64,000 bases of DNA from Sarea resinae (taxonomy: Eukaryota). Made by a program: the position numbers and the translations under genes. The stretch spans positions 62,001 through 126,000 of the forward strand of contig JAPEUD010000042.1 of assembly GCA_026026165.1 (NCBI GenBank), given 5' to 3'. Positions 24,188 to 38,548 of the stretch are shown here, piece after piece (the stretch's first letter is position 1; each line of letters starts with the position of its first letter). The notes under the pieces are model-generated. The model saw nothing but the letters and a program-made list of their open reading frames with translations. It did not search any database and was not told where the DNA came from.

Positions 24188-27100
24188 TCACAGCACGCGA
24201 CCCGCCAAACGGCTCTGGCTGCGATCCTTGGTCTCGACCTTCTTGAGTCCCTTGCCCATGACGATCTCGCCGAGTAAGGCGCCCCGATTGGGGGGACCGC
24301 CACTGGCGCCGCCGGCCGCCGGCATGGGCGGAGGAGGCGGTGGTCCACCAGGTGCGCCGTTCGCGTTACCTGGCATGGGTGGAGGTGGAGGCGGCGGCGC
24401 TCCCGGTGCACCGGCACCTGGCATTGGTGGGGGTGGCGGCGGAGGAGCACCCGAAGTCGGGGTGGCGGATTCGGGCGCGGGACTCTTGTTGTCTGCGGCT
24501 GAGAGGGGACGGGGCGGGCCCATGGTGCCGAAGAGGATGGAGGCGAGCTGTTTAGCGTTGCCGCCCGAGGGACGGTCGTCGTCATCATCCGAGGATTCGT
24601 CATTCTCGGAGTCGACGACAGACCAATCGTCGTCTTCGGGGCGTACGCGCGAGGGACGAGGACTTGGGGCAGCTGCTGTGGAGATAGCGGCCGTGTTGGT
24701 GTCATGCGTGAGGCGGTGGAAGGGATTCGTTGAGACTTCATTCGGTGTTGGTGCTCCAGGAGGTGTAGGCTCGTTCTGGGCGAGTTTCTTGAGGAACGGA
24801 TTCTTGGTCTCGGTGTCGGCGACAGGGGCTGAGGCCAGATGAGGGCTAGTGAGTGGCGGGCTGGTTATAGGCGAGGTGATTTGAGGGGCTGGCGGGACAA
24901 TAGTCGGGACAGGCGGGGGTGGAGGAGCTGCTGGAGGGGAACTGATCTCTCTTGGCAATTCCTGGCTTGCCGTAGGCGTCGTCTCCTGAGGCGTGATTTC
25001 CTCCGGGCCTTCTTCGTCAGAGGATTCCTCATCACCTAGCTGTTCTAGCTGAAGTTGCAATTGGCGTTCTCTTTCCTTCGCCGCCTCAAGTTCAGCGCGA
25101 TGAGCCGCCAAGCGAGCTTCCTTTTCTTTGGCCTCTCGCTGTGCAGCTTGCTTTCTTCTCTTCTCCTCTTCCTTCTTGACCTTGCCTTGCTTGACTTGCT
25201 CTTCAAGTGCTTTTAGTCGAGCCTGAGCGGCCTCGCGTTCCTTAGCAATCTCGTCTTCTTGTCGATGGGCTTGACTCCTAGTATCTTGGATTAGCGACTA
25301 CCTCAATATTGCTATTTGAAACTTACTCTAGTTCTTTTCGGTGAGCCTCTTGGTCTTCTTGTTCCGCTTTGATTGCTCGTTCCTTGCTTTCTTGCACAGC
25401 TCTCTTGGCTTCCTCTTCTGCCTTCTTCGCGGCATCGTCTTGATGAGCAGCCTCAGATCTGCCCTTACGTGATGGAGGCGGAGGCGGCTTTTTGCCCGAG
25501 GCCTTGTTCGCCTCCGGTGGCGCAATCTGCTCGTCAGCGAGCCTCCGTTGCCTCTCTTGCTCACGACTAGCATCTTCAGCTTCGGCCTGCTTGAGACGAT
25601 CCTCCCTCTCTTTCCTCTCACGTTCTTGCCTCTGTTGGGCCGTCTCCCCTACCTTAGTCGGAGGTCTCAGACCCAAAGCTGCAAGACGCTCAGCCATGCG
25701 CTGCTCTGCTTGCTGTTTGATGAAAGCGGCGCGCTCCTCGGCTGTCTTATATGTGGAGTATGAAGGAGTTCCTGACCGTTGAGGAGTCGCTATAGGTGTC
25801 GCAGACGCTTCTCCACTTGGAGCTGGGCTTTCAAGTCGTGGAGTATCGGCACCCAAGCGAGAACTATCGCCTTGACGTGAACCGCTCCTGACATCGCGAT
25901 CCCTCGAGCTACGATCGGTGCTGTGATACAGTCAGAAATAGAACGCCATAGTGAAAGGCTCAACTTACTCTTGCCGTCTGACCCTCGCACTTCTGCTTTC
26001 CCTTTGGAGATCAAAGATAAATTCCTTGACCTCATCCTCAACACCGAGTCCATCTTCCCATCTTCTCTTTTCATGCTCGCTAGTAGCATCCTCTCCTCCG
26101 TCCTTTAGACTATCCTCGAGCCCTTTGCTGAATTCGCGGACACTGTCTTCCACGTCTTTGATCATACGCTCGTTGTTGTCTTTCTCCGTCCTGATGCGCT
26201 GATTTTCTTCTTCTAGACGTTTCGGTGCTGCAAGGGCGTCATCATCGCCAGCAGGGCTGGGTTTCCCGGTCAGGGCAGCTGCACGCTGTTGCATCAAGGC
26301 CTTTGCACGAGCTTTAAGGCGATCTGATTCGGTGACTTCTCCACCCGGACCAGTCCCCACAATTGCAGCTGCGCTTCCTGGGTGTGCCTTGGCATCCTTC
26401 AAACGGAAAAGCTCCAATTTTGCGTCAGCAATATTTCGTTCAGTTCGTCTGACTTGAGATGCCAAATCAGGAAGCCGGTCTGTAAGACCTTGAAGCTGTC
26501 GCCGAAGGGCTCTTCTCTCTGCGGCAGAGTCCAGACTCTTGAATGCGGCGTTGGGGTGACTATCAATATCTTCTTGAAGACGTCGGATGCGTCTGTATAG
26601 ATCTTCCGCTTCACGCCTATCCCGCCGGTCAAGTGCGTCATCTTCTTCGGCCTGGTTCTCATCTGTGAAATCCATAGCATCAAGCAAGACTTGCTTCTCT
26701 CTGACCCTTTTCCGGAGTTGGTCGAGAGACAATTCATCATTCGATCTATCGGAGGGCGAGGGCGATTGGGCAGGAGATGGAGAACCAGAGCGACCACCTC
26801 CTAGACGGCGGCGTGCGCTTGACTTGTATCCAACATCGTCATCGTTGTTTTTGAAAACCGTTGCGTCCTTGCGGCCTGCGCCTGAAGACCCAGCACCTGC
26901 TCGGAAGGAATGATTCTTCAGGTAACTGACACCGGTTTTCTGTGGCTGCAGGAACGCCCCAGACGACTTTCTGCTCTCGGCATCTTGGGAAAGGAGAGAT
27001 TTGATAGTGCCAATTGAGTCAGAGAAGTTTCTCGTAGACGGAGGGACGAGTTCAGGGGGCAAGCGATTCGGCACTGGATAGCCATTAAGCCTTCGATAGA

Positions 27101-28752
27101 TCAGATGCATTGCTACAGCGAACTCGTCCATGTCAAGTCTGCCCTTGTTGTTGGGGTCGGCCAGGGTCCAAATGCGTTCCAAGTCGGATTTTTCGAGACC
27201 ACTTTGACCAAAAACCTCAATTGCAACATCGCCTCCAATGAAGCCTTTGTTGAAGCCATCCCACGCTTTGAATAATTGATCGTATATTTTTTTCTCATCC
27301 TTTGTCACTGCCCAGGGAACAGTCGCATTTCCAGAGAGTCCAGCGGTAGTAAAACCGCCCTCTCGCCCCGCTTGCGGCATCATACGCTGCTGGAGAGTAT
27401 CAATGTTCGGAAGGCCGGAAGCTGGAGCATTGACGAGACCCCATTGACCTGGAATCCCGGTAGGTTGAGCATTAAGTGGAGCTATTGGAGTATTAGGGCC
27501 AAGATTCGAATTGAAGCTTGTGGGCATCGGGGGCATCGGTGGTCTGGGGCCCGAATAACCTGTAGCCTGTGGGTTTGACAGAAACCCTGTTGGTTGAGCA
27601 GATAGATTTGCGCTGGGTTGAAAACCCGTTGGCTGTTGCTGTTGGAACCCTGGCTGAGGTCCAGGCTGTTGGAACCCTGTTGGCTGAGGCTGAAAGCCTG
27701 TTGGCTGGGATCCCATGGTTGACAATAGCTGGCTGTTCGATACTTGTGGGGGAATTGGCTGTTGAGGGGCTGGTGGCGATATGGTAGCCTGCCGCAAAGG
27801 TTCATCGAAGTTTGGTGCATTCGATCGTGGCGGGGGTGCTGGCCTCTCATCTGGAACACCGAAACTTATTATATCTACCATGCTTGAGACTTCATTTGCG
27901 ATACGTTCTGGCAAAGCGGATGGTAAATCTTTTCCGACGATTCTCAGATTGCAAAGGTACATTGCGAGAGCGAATTCTGGGAAAAGAAGCTGCCCTGATT
28001 TCGTAGTGTCCGAGAGCGTCCTGGAAGGATTAGTTGATTGACGCTTTCGGGGATATTTGATGTTCCGTACCATATTTGCGAGAGCGCATCTCCAGTGAGC
28101 TTTGATCGTAGTAGAAGATCTTTTGCCTTCTCACCTAAGAGACATTAGCGCAGTGGTATGACTGTACGAGAGCACACCTACCGGATAAAGCCTGCCCATT
28201 TCCCACAGCAGACTTGAACAGTTGCTCAAACTTGGCCTGATCCTGAGCGGTCAAGAACGATAGCCTTATCTTGGGTATCTTTGCGCCTCCGGTGGTCGCA
28301 TGAGAAACTTGTGGTGGAGCTGCTGGAGCGCCCCGGAAAGAATCCGCTATTTGCGAAGATGTTTGGCCAGTGGGCTGAGCCGAGGCCTGTGGAAGCGGTG
28401 GCTGCTGTAAGCCTGCCTGAAATTGCTGCTGCTGCTGCTGTTGTTGTGGAGGGGGTTGAGGAACCTGGCCCGTAAAGGATTGTTGCGGTTGACCGGGGAA
28501 ACCGGTGAATTGTGGTTGCTGTGCTGGAGCTTGAAAGCCTGTTTGCTGCCCCGAAGTGGGAAAGCCAGTATACTGTGATTGCAGACCACCTGCTCCAAAA
28601 CCGGTCGGCTGAGGACCGAAAGCGTTGGGTTGGGGTTGTTGTGGTTGCTGCTGCCCCTGAGGCATGCCGAATTGCGACTGTTGGCCATATTGAGGTTGGC
28701 CGGGCCGGGCACTGTTATAGCTGCCCAAGAAGGAATTTGAATTCGAATACAT
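24188..28752 (-). CDS. PAN1: Actin cytoskeleton-regulatory/endocytic EH-domain protein Pan1 (about 5 exons)
   Basis: N-terminal QPTG repeats, two EH domains ([40 protein letters not shown]...[12 protein letters not shown]), a coiled coil, NPF motifs, an acidic DDDWSVV motif, polyproline and a C-terminal WH2 ([23 protein letters not shown]). Introns at ~28135-28181, ~28022-28051, ~25922-25967 and ~25279-25326. Confidence 0.95.
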
Positions 28753-31179
28753 GATGCTGATGCTGTGTAGTGCGGCGAACGGAAGGACGAGCTAAAGGAA
28801 AGAATGAGAATGAAGGCAAGAGGAGGCGTGGACTGGCGCCAGCCTGATGAAGTTGACGACAAAGATGATGATGGTGAAGCTTCCAACTGGCCTGGTCGTT
28901 GGGTGACGACGACGGGGAACTGCTTGCACATTGCTGCACTGCCATGTGTACCTTATAGATTGCTGATATAACTGGCTGACGAGGAGCTATTGGTACCGGA
29001 GACTTTGGCTAATGACTGAAAGGTGGTGCGGGGCCTTGTACTCGAGACTCAGGGTGTCTTCATTTCCCATTCCCTCAGGTACCTTGGTCTAGCTGCAAAG
29101 ACCTCCCAGCTGCTATGTATGATGCAGGTAGTACGCAGTACTGCCCCTTGGTAGTAGAGGATGACTTCACATTCACTTTCAACACCTCAAAAATGCTGAT
29201 AGATAAATAGACAATGAATTGAGTACAATGGAATGAAGAAAATTCCACATCCTGGATTCGAACGCATGAACGAACGTCCGTCCCAAAAAGGCAATATTAA
29301 TCACAGCATAGCAAAATGGGTAGACTAGAAAAGACTCGAGCGGATAGTCCTTTAATTCTTCATCCCGTAAGATGCATCTGACGTAAAGAGGCTATTGGCC
29401 TACTGGACGTTCATGATCTCTCAGCAGCAAAAAGCTCAGACTACTCTTGCAAGCAGTCCTACGAAAGCCCTGTTGGGTTTTCCAATGAAGGGGCAATTTT
29501 CCGACATAGTCGACTATGATGCCTCACCCAGGTGAGAGGTACACCAACTGCACCATCAACCCTTCATTGTGGAAAAGTGGTCTTATTGATGAATATATGG
29601 CTCAGGCTCGCTATATTCACAGCCCAAGACCTATACGGTGCGTTGTGACAATTAGGCTGTCGAGGAATGCTCGACCAACCCCAATAATAACCTCCGGTCT
29701 CTAGAATCACATCCGATTGAATACAATCTTACAGTATCAGTGTATCCCGGTTCTGAGAGTGTCACGGATGAGTTGATTCTACTACTGCATGTACGTGGTA
29801 CTGCTCAAGCTAGGGTACTCTGTGCAGGGACAATTGTACGAAAAGACCACAGAGGACCGTCGATAATATGTCGAGAAAGCAGTCACCATTCCTTTTCCCC
29901 TTTCAGTACTGTAGCAGTAAGATATCACTTCCATTACCGGGGATTGCCGTATTGTTGGTAATAATCTCAATCTCGTTCGCGCTCTACCGAAAGGCCCGTG
30001 AGGTCTACTTTCGGCTTTCATCCGAGGCCAGCGGCTGAACATCTTGTACAAAATCCTCTGACCGCTTTTGATATTGTGATCTGGAACACTCGCCATCTGA
30101 AGCGGCTTTAAAGTATGCCAAGGGCGCCAGAAACTCCTTTTTTTTGAGTGAAACTAGGAGGGTAGAGATTCATGTCCCCCAATCTTCTCTCTCTAATCCT
30201 TATGCTGCTGTGGGGACCGGGCCCTCCCCTCCTGGTATCAGCTATGGAGCGGTCAGCTATTGAACATCGCTGTGAGACAAGGCCGCAAGGCCGCCAATTC
30301 ACCATGCAGATATTGTTGCCGTTCAGCAAGATCTTGGGAAGCTTCACTTGCGCCCCCGTGTAGTCGCTAGCCCCATGTTAGTAAGGTGATTGACTTTGCT
30401 GTTATTAAACGTACAATTCCGTCACATCTTCAAGAACCATATCTGGTGAGAAGGTCAGTGGGGTGCATTGTCTACATAGGGTCACGGGGAAACTTACTGA
30501 CGTAGTCATCGAATCCCAGGAGCGTCCCACTGAACTCTATCAATTACGGAAGTTAGTGAAAGCTTTGCGTGGGTTGAGTAGCTCATGCTGGCGTGTCTGA
30601 AATACCTTTGTCGCCCTTCATCACGACCCATATTCTGGAACCCACGCATTTATCAATGAGCTCTGGGGGTCGGTGGTCAGCAAACATATGCGCCACTGTG
30701 AGAGGACAGGGACTAGCTTACCTAGTGGCAACAGCTGAGACGCCATTACGGAGTAAAAGAAGACACCTTCTACGTGTCTTGATCCTGGGTAGTAGTACGA
30801 GCTCTGATCGACCTGGACTGGGACATGGACGGGAGGGGAGAAGAAGATTCAATTCGATTATCGATAAGGCGATGGATGAGGGCGCGCGCTGCATGGTGCG
30901 TAGTGGGTTTGCCTGGTCTGCAGTACACTTCCATGGGCAGATGTACGGCGGGCGAGGCAGTCCAGTCGCCTGCTCATTATCAAGTTGGAGCGCTGGAGCC
31001 TGGTGTACTCGTACTCGCCTTGATTGGATCATTGAACTTCCCCGTCTTGCATTGCATTATTGCATCTTGCGTCTGCGGTGCTTCATTCGCGGGTCCTTGC
31101 TCTCCTTGCATCCCGTCCGGGAGAGTCCCATCTGCCTCTTTCGACCTCTCTTAGGCTGCAACATTCCAGATGGAGGACT

Positions 31180-34100
31180 ATGCTCTTACGTCTACCCAGG
31201 TGCAGGAGGCCAACTTCATGTTCATGGCCGCAGAGGGTTTCCCTGCTACCGCCGGTCATGATGTCTGGATCCGCGGTCGATGATGAGCCTTTCTTGAGAC
31301 TCTTTCCTCAAAGGTGAGTTGAACGATATTATCTCTGAAACTGCTTTCGCCAACCAACATTGTCAGTACTACCAAAAGGTGCAACCATACATGGGATCCT
31401 TCGCGAGGTATTCATTTCAGCAATTCGAGCTTGCAATGGCCACCTCATGTCGCCAGACTGAATGAAAGCGGGCACCGCAGCTCTTCAACGTCACCGAAGC
31501 CCTTTCTGCCGTACAAGAGTCGCCAAACTTCACAGTCTCTGAACCGCCGAGGACCGAAAGCGGATCATCAGGACGTTCTTGAACGCCTAGAATCGTTGAG
31601 GAGACGACAGACTGAGGTAGACGTGACCGTACTTTCTCGGCCAAAGATGGAAACCACAGTTGAGGCAGAACAAAGACGGCTTAGGGAACTGAACGAATTG
31701 CGAGAAGCTCTGCTATTACAGCGACAGTGGCAAGCCGATGAGCTACTGCGCCAGGAGGAAGATTATGAGCTGCAACAGCAAAAGGAAGACGAGGAACTGC
31801 AGCGACAGCAGAAAGCCGAGAAGATACGGATCCAGCGCAGAGCCGAGGAGCGAAGGCGGCAGCGGGAGGCCAAAGAGAAACAGAAACTACAGCAGCAGCG
31901 CGAGGCCGAAGACTTGCAGAGACGGCGAGAAGCTGAGAAGGTCCAAATACAAGAACAGCTAGTTAAGGAAAGACAGCTAGAGCGAGAACTAGCGCTCGCC
32001 CGAGAAATAGAGCTTGCTCGAGAAGTATGTCTTGCTCGAGAAAGAGAACTTGCTCAAGAAAGAGAGCTAGAGATACTGCGTGCGGAAGAGATCAAAGATA
32101 AGGTCGATTCATATTTCCTCTTGCCTACCTGGCCTACCATCAAATACAGCGCTTCCAAGGTGGAATTCGTGGCTTGCCGAATGGACTTCAACAGATTATC
32201 AGCATACATATATCGACTTAAGGAGTCACGACGCACGAGAAAATTGAAGCGGTTTTTTAAAGAGACGGTCGAACCCTCAAGGATATGGTTTGATACCCAC
32301 TGTCATCGCTACCGAGCTGTTCAGTTTAAGCGGCTGCATCAGTCAGTATTTCCAGGTTGTTATGACCACGATATAAAACGGCTTTACCGGGAGATTGTGC
32401 CCATTGAGTACAGTGATGCTGCTTGGGAGATGATTTCGAGCTATGGAAAGCTGTTTCATATCAAGCGCGAGCTTCGTAGAAAAAAGCAACCAGAACCTCT
32501 TAGCCTGGAATTCACCACGGATGCTATTGGGGGGTTTCGAGCAATTCGTGCTTTACAATTTGACATTGACAAATCGATCACAGATTGCCTAACAGACATC
32601 GAAGTGCGCGACCTTCGCACCTTGTCTACCTTGGAGCGAAAGCGGCATGAGAGAATCAAACCGTATATATCTTATTGCAAAACTGCAGTAGGCGTATTGC
32701 GCTCGTTGAGAGCACAACGTGCGAGCTTCAGAAAGAGTAGATTCGACCAATATTCACAGATGGAATGGGGCTGCTATGTGAAAATTGATCGGCTGACATC
32801 CACTATGGAGAAAGACTACAAGGCAATGCATACTGAAGTAGATCAGTATCGACAGACCGTTTGGTTGATAGAACAACTGGAATCTGGTGCGGCTACCATA
32901 GATCGGCCCCCCTGGAAAGCTCAGCGCCATGCAAGAAAAGCAAAATCCTCAACAAGAAGGACGACATTTCGACCTTTGGGCTTTCAACCAACAGACAAAA
33001 GATCTGCAGGCTGTTCTCCTGGCTCTGCGCCTGTTATATCGACCCCTGAATACGATCTAGCCACGCCAGATCATGGCATCACGGACAGATCGAGCTCGTT
33101 GAATTCGCCAAAAGCGTCTTCAGCAGATTCATCTCTCAAGGGCGAAGTATCCGGGGATCCTTTGGACTTGGAAGACATCAGCTCCAGAAAAGAGGAACAC
33201 TTGCCGCTGTCGTTCGAAATCCCCGAAGATGTAAAGCGCAAAGCCATGCTCGCCTCTCACAACACCGGAGCTGCTTATTGGCAATACAGTCTCTATGAGG
33301 GGCCTGATAAGGAGAAGGTCAAGGTACATTATTGCCGAAGCCGAGAGACAACGGAAAGGGTTGCGCAGCTGTTCCTTGAGGAGGCAGTCTTAGGGTTTGA
33401 TATTGAATGGAAACCGAATGTCCAAGCCAGTGAGGGTATCAGGTTAGTCTGGCCTGATTTTCGTATCTATCTTTGACGTTCATGCTGACTAAAATTCAAC
33501 AGGAAAAATGTATCATTGGTTCAACTAGCTAGTGAGAGCCGCATTGCTCTCTTTCATATTGCCCTCTTTGGTAAAGGTAGGCGATTTTCATCCTCGTGGC
33601 TGCAAAACATCATGACAATATGCTTCTGGAGAGGCCGCGCTTCGAAAACAGACGTACTGATTATGCTTTAGGTGATAGTATGGAGGACTTGGTAGCCCCT
33701 ACAATGAAACAAATCATGGAGGACCCCAATATCACCAAAGTCGGCGTCTCAGTAAAAGGTATCTACACCATGAATTGCACTGATCAACAAAATCTCATGG
33801 CTAATCCACATTCTAGCTGACTGCACACGTCTCCGGAAATTCATGGGAATCGAAGCACGAGGCATCTTCGAGCTCAGCCATCTCCATAAACTTGTCAAGT
33901 ATTCTAGCGAGCATGCCAACAAAATCGACAAGCGCCTGGTCGCTCTCGCCGAGCAAGTCCAAGAGCACCTCCAATTGCCAATGCGCAAGGTCGCGGAAGT
34001 TCGCTCGAGCAACTGGAGCGAGGAGCTGAATATGCAGCAGATTCTGTATGCGGCGAGCGACAGCTATGCCGGGTTTCGCCTCTACGATGTGCTTGAACGC

Positions 34101-34664
34101 AAACGCAAAGAACTGAACCCTACGCCTCCGCGGCCTGCTCATGCGGAACTGAATCTCCCTATCCAGCTTGCGAACAACACTCTGCTTCCCACCTCAGACG
34201 AGCCTCTCGAGGTTGAAGATGATGCCAACACGTCTGACCCCTCCACCAACGCCACCACGACAATGACGTCCACCTCTGATAGCCCGCCTACCACTACTAC
34301 CTCTACTTCATCTGCCGCCAAGCTACCAATCAACCCTCTCATAACCGCCGCGAACACCTGGGCCCAACACCACCGCTCCACGCACCCAACAGCCAAAACT
34401 ACTCTTGCTCCCCTCCGCGCCTACGCCCTCTGGCACCTCCACCACCTCGATGTCCCACAAATCGCAGCCATGCTGCGCGACCCACCGCTCCAGAAAGCAA
34501 CGGTATCCAATTACATCCTCGGCGCCATCCGAGCAGAGGGACTGCCCTTCGAGAGGAGCAGATTGAGAGGCGTCTTGGGCGCCCTGGGGGAGGGAGGGGC
34601 GGGAAGGTATGGCAGGCTAGCTCGGGAGGCAGGGAAGGAGGACGAGGAGAGCAGAGAACAATGA
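31180..34664 (+). CDS. WRN/EXD2-like DEDDy 3'-5' exonuclease with long N-terminal coiled-coil region (about 5 exons)
   Basis: ExoI LGFDIEWKP, VSLVQLASE, ExoII KVGVSVKADCTRL and ExoIII SNWSEELNMQQILYAASDSYA, plus a C-terminal LRAYALWH...TVSNYIL helical domain. Intron 31314-31366 splices an Arg-rich leader (MLLRLPRCRRP) in frame. The start codon is uncertain. Confidence 0.85.
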
Positions 34665-35530
34665 CGATGAAATATCGGCACGGGAAAAAGACGCCACAGG
34701 CGCGTCAGCCAGGGCCAGGATGCCGCGGCCGCGTCAACAACGCAATCGTGCAATCTGAAGTCCTTCGCCGATCATCGAGCTAGCTAGCCATCGAAGACAA
34801 CAGCCACGAACACGACGGCCACGCACGCACGCCCGCTGCCCAAAACATATAGGACACACCCATCTCCTCCAGCAGTCATTAAGCGTCACAGTCAGCAAAA
34901 CATCTCCCTCCCTCCTATCCTTACCTTACGCTTCCGGCCCCGCCTTCCCCCCCAACACCAGCGCAGCCACGGCAAATACACGGGTGATCCTTCCCATCAT
35001 CTGAGATCCCGTTCGCCTGCGGGAGACTTGCCTCTCTTCTCCTTGCCTCTCCTCTCCTGTTCCAGCCCCTCTTTCCTTTTCCTTCTTCCCCTTTTCGGTT
35101 TCTTCGAATTGTTTCAGGTCGACCGGGTGGGAGGGGGGTGAGTTATGCAAATGTCCAGGACACATTTTTGTATGTGTATATATATATACCCCTCAGTCGT
35201 TTGGTTGGGCCAGTCGTCCTTGAATCACATGCTATACATATCGTACATACGTATAAAACTGTTCCCAATCCATCTACCTACCTACCTTGGGTAAATATCA
35301 ATAGAATGTCCAGCGCTTCGTAGTTGGAAATCTAAGATCTTTTTTTTTTCTTGGCCCACCTACTCTCCTTTATTGAGCTACTCATTCCCCCCCATCTACT
35401 ACGTCCTGGCCATCCACGTCCACATCCACATCTACACCGCAAACCCACTACATCCACCACACCCGGCCCCCCCTTTTCCAAACCCTCATCTCACGCACCA
35501 ACCTCGGCCTCCCATCCCAACGACGCACGT

Positions 35531-37329
35531 CTAGTGCGATCCAACGAGACCGCCCACCTTCTCCTCCACCTTGCCAGCCACGTTCTTCGCCTTGTTAGTC
35601 GCGAGGCTGACTTTTGAGGCCGCCAGAGCGCCCTGGAGCCCGAATTGGGTCGGGATGCCCTCGACGCGGTGCGTGCTGTTGATGTTCTTGATCAGCGTGA
35701 TCTGGTAGCAGCTGGCGCCGCCCTGGCGCGAGATGATGGTGCTGTAAGCGAGGAAGAATTCCCAGATCTGTTTTTATTCATGCGTTAGTGGCGAGGAATT
35801 TTGGGGGGGGGGGGGGGGGGATTTTGTCAGACAGCTGGGGATAGACTTACGCGGAACCATCTCTTGCCGTACTTGGCCTCGACCTTGTCGCGGTTGGCCA
35901 TCCAGTTCCTGTACCAGCGCCACAGAGTGGCCGAGTAATGCACACCGATAGTGTCAATGCCCTTGACCTCGAAGCCAGCGCCCTCGAGCTGGTCGACGAA
36001 CCAGCCGAGAGGAGTAGAAGCGTCGGCACCGGGGAAGATGTACTTGTTCATGAAAAGACCCCAGATGAGGTCCTCGTATTGCCAGCACTTGCGCAGACCA
36101 GCGATCTGCAGGAAGAAAATACCATCGTCGTCGAGCATCTCGTAAACCTGGCGAAGGAAGCCGGAGAAGTGACGGACGCCGACGTGCTCGGCCATCTCGA
36201 GACAGGTGATCTTCTTGTAGTTACCGGCGGGAACGGGGATGTCGCGATAGTCCATGCAAAGAATCCTGCTCTGCTCCTCGCTGATGCCGGCCTTGCGGAG
36301 GCCATTGTTGCCCCAAGTGGTCTGGTTGCGGCCAAGCGTGACACCAGTGACCTCGGCGCCGTAGTTGACACTGGCGAACTTGGCCAGCGTACCCCATCCA
36401 CAGCCGATGTCGAGGAGGTTCTCGCCACGCTTGAGTCCGATCTTCTCGCAGACGATAGCGAGCTTGTTATCTTGAAGTTGCTCAAGAGATTCTTCCTTGT
36501 TGATGTCGGAGATCAAGCCAGAAGTGTAGATCATGCGTGGGCCGAGGAACCAGCCGTAGAAATCATCGCCGCGGTCGTAATGGTCGCGCACCTGTTCCTC
36601 GTCTACGACTCAAATCAGCACCTTCTACTACAGACCCGATCGGAAGCATACTGCTACTACTGACCTTGAGACCGAGTGTGCATCAGCACTTCAGGGATCA
36701 TTCCGGTAAGGAAGTAATAGATTAAGCTCAGAGTGAAGCGGAAGCTGGCCCAGTCGTGCCTGTACTCCAGGACCTCTAGAGCGTCGCCCTTGAAGTCCAC
36801 CAGACCATCGAAATACATCTCATGGAATGTCTCCATGGGAATCTTGCTTTTGCCATGATACTTCGCCTTGTCGGTGCCCTTGTGGAATTCGAGATAGTGC
36901 TCCACCGGGCGACCGGGATATTTGGCTTTCTCATTCTTGCGAGCAGAAAAGGTGGAGAACAGGAGCCAGACGGCCGCCAAGATGGGAAGCGAGGTGAAGA
37001 TGGCGAAGAAGACGGCTGTCTTGAAGCCACCGCCAACCTTCCAGGCGAAGTAGTAGGGAACGAAAGCTATGGCACCGAAGAGGACGGCATTGGAGAAGCT
37101 CTCGCTGCCTGCTGCATCCGCCGGCAGAGGAGCGTTCTTGATGGCAGGATACTAAAGCCAATTGGATCAGCATTGGTCCGTGGATGATGCCCATCAGCGA
37201 GGAGCGTAGCGGACTCACCGACGTGGTCCTCACTCCACAATCCTCCGAGGGCGGTGAAGGCGTCGGTGCCTTGGGGGTCTCGATGAACTCAAAGGAGTCC
37301 TCGGACGTCGTCGACTGTGTCTGCGACAT
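35531..37329 (-). CDS. Sphingolipid C9-methyltransferase (cyclopropane-fatty-acyl-phospholipid synthase family), 4 exons
   Basis: YPAIKNAPLPADAAGSESFS, QVRDHYDRGDDFYGWFLGPRMIYTSG, SAM motif LLDIGCGWG, ITCLEMAEHVG, FMNKYIFPGADAS and SRQGGASCYQITL. Confidence 0.92.
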
Positions 37330-38548
37330 CTTGAAGCGGAGACAGCGAAAGACACCTCTGGGAAGATGTCAATTGATGTCTGTGGGCACGATTGCAGGTT
37401 GGACAGGCAGGAGAAGGAGGAAGCTCGCGACTTTTCTGGAGAGCAGCAGGACGACGGAGTACTCTGGCGTGGTACCTGCCAAGCTGTGACCCTAAGTATG
37501 AAGTACAGCCTGGAGGTGCTGGGTATCTCTGTGTCTCTCCGGACACGACGCCGTACACGACACCGCTGACACCGCCCACACCGCCCACAAAACGGCCACA
37601 CAAGAGTACTTCTGCTCGTCTACGGCTACTTACCGCTACTTACTTGTTCGACGACGGCGAAGTGGTCCGTTCGCTTCCCGATCAGGAAATCAACTGGGAT
37701 CGATGATGGTCCAGCGGTCGATGATCGGCCAGGTGGACGAAACTGCAGCAATAGTATTCCGGGCCAAGTCGTGATTCACTTGTTCGTGCAGCCCACCGAG
37801 AGAGAGAGTAAGGGCTGTGCTGGCGGTCGTGATCTCGATCCGATTGAGAGGCAGACAATTCCGATGCCAACAGATTGCGGACGAAGGCGTCTTGTGTTTC
37901 TGTGCATCTGATGTCAATGAAATGATTGAATGGTGAACTCGCATCGTGGGTGGCGGAAGTGCATGTCCAAAGTACCTTGCCTTCCAAAGTTGTTTACTCC
38001 AGAGTACACTACCCCGGGGCCAAAGCCCATCTTACCAGACCGACAAGCTCCTCCAGGCTGGCTCGACGAGACACCAGGAGAGTGTAGCAGGCAGTCTATG
38101 TGCGGACATTGTCGATGGATATGATATGCCCAGTCGACCGGTGTCAAGAGGAAGTGCTCAGACACCACCGGTCGGCAAAGCGAAGTTGTGGATATCTTGA
38201 CCTCCCATCCAGGAGACCTCAGAATGACAGTGTAGCCATGGATGCCCTACACCATGCTCACCCCGCACTGTCCCTAAAGGGCCGCTTCAGCCCAGCAATC
38301 ATTCTCCCCCGTGTTATCTATGTCCAGCTTCGAATTGTGGGGAGCTCTGCCATGTTGATTCTCTCTCTTTGTCCGGAGAGGACGGTAGATAAGCATCCTG
38401 CAAGTTGGGGATGTGCTGATGGCGCAATATCACGCAATGCTCAAGATTAGGAGTCCTCACTCTCATGGCGGCTATGAGGTCAAAAGACGCCCATTTCCCC
38501 AGTTGTGCCCCGCCATTGTGAAGTCCCACTAGGACTATTGATTACACC

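Noticed and set aside
29254..29263. GGATTCGAAC (minus strand GTTCGAATCC), a tRNA T-loop/B-box look-alike
   Set aside because: The flanks do not form a T-stem or acceptor stem; no cloverleaf.
35803..35820. Long poly-G run
   Set aside because: It lies inside the last intron of the C9-methyltransferase gene (poly-C on the sense strand); an ordinary homopolymer of uncertain length.
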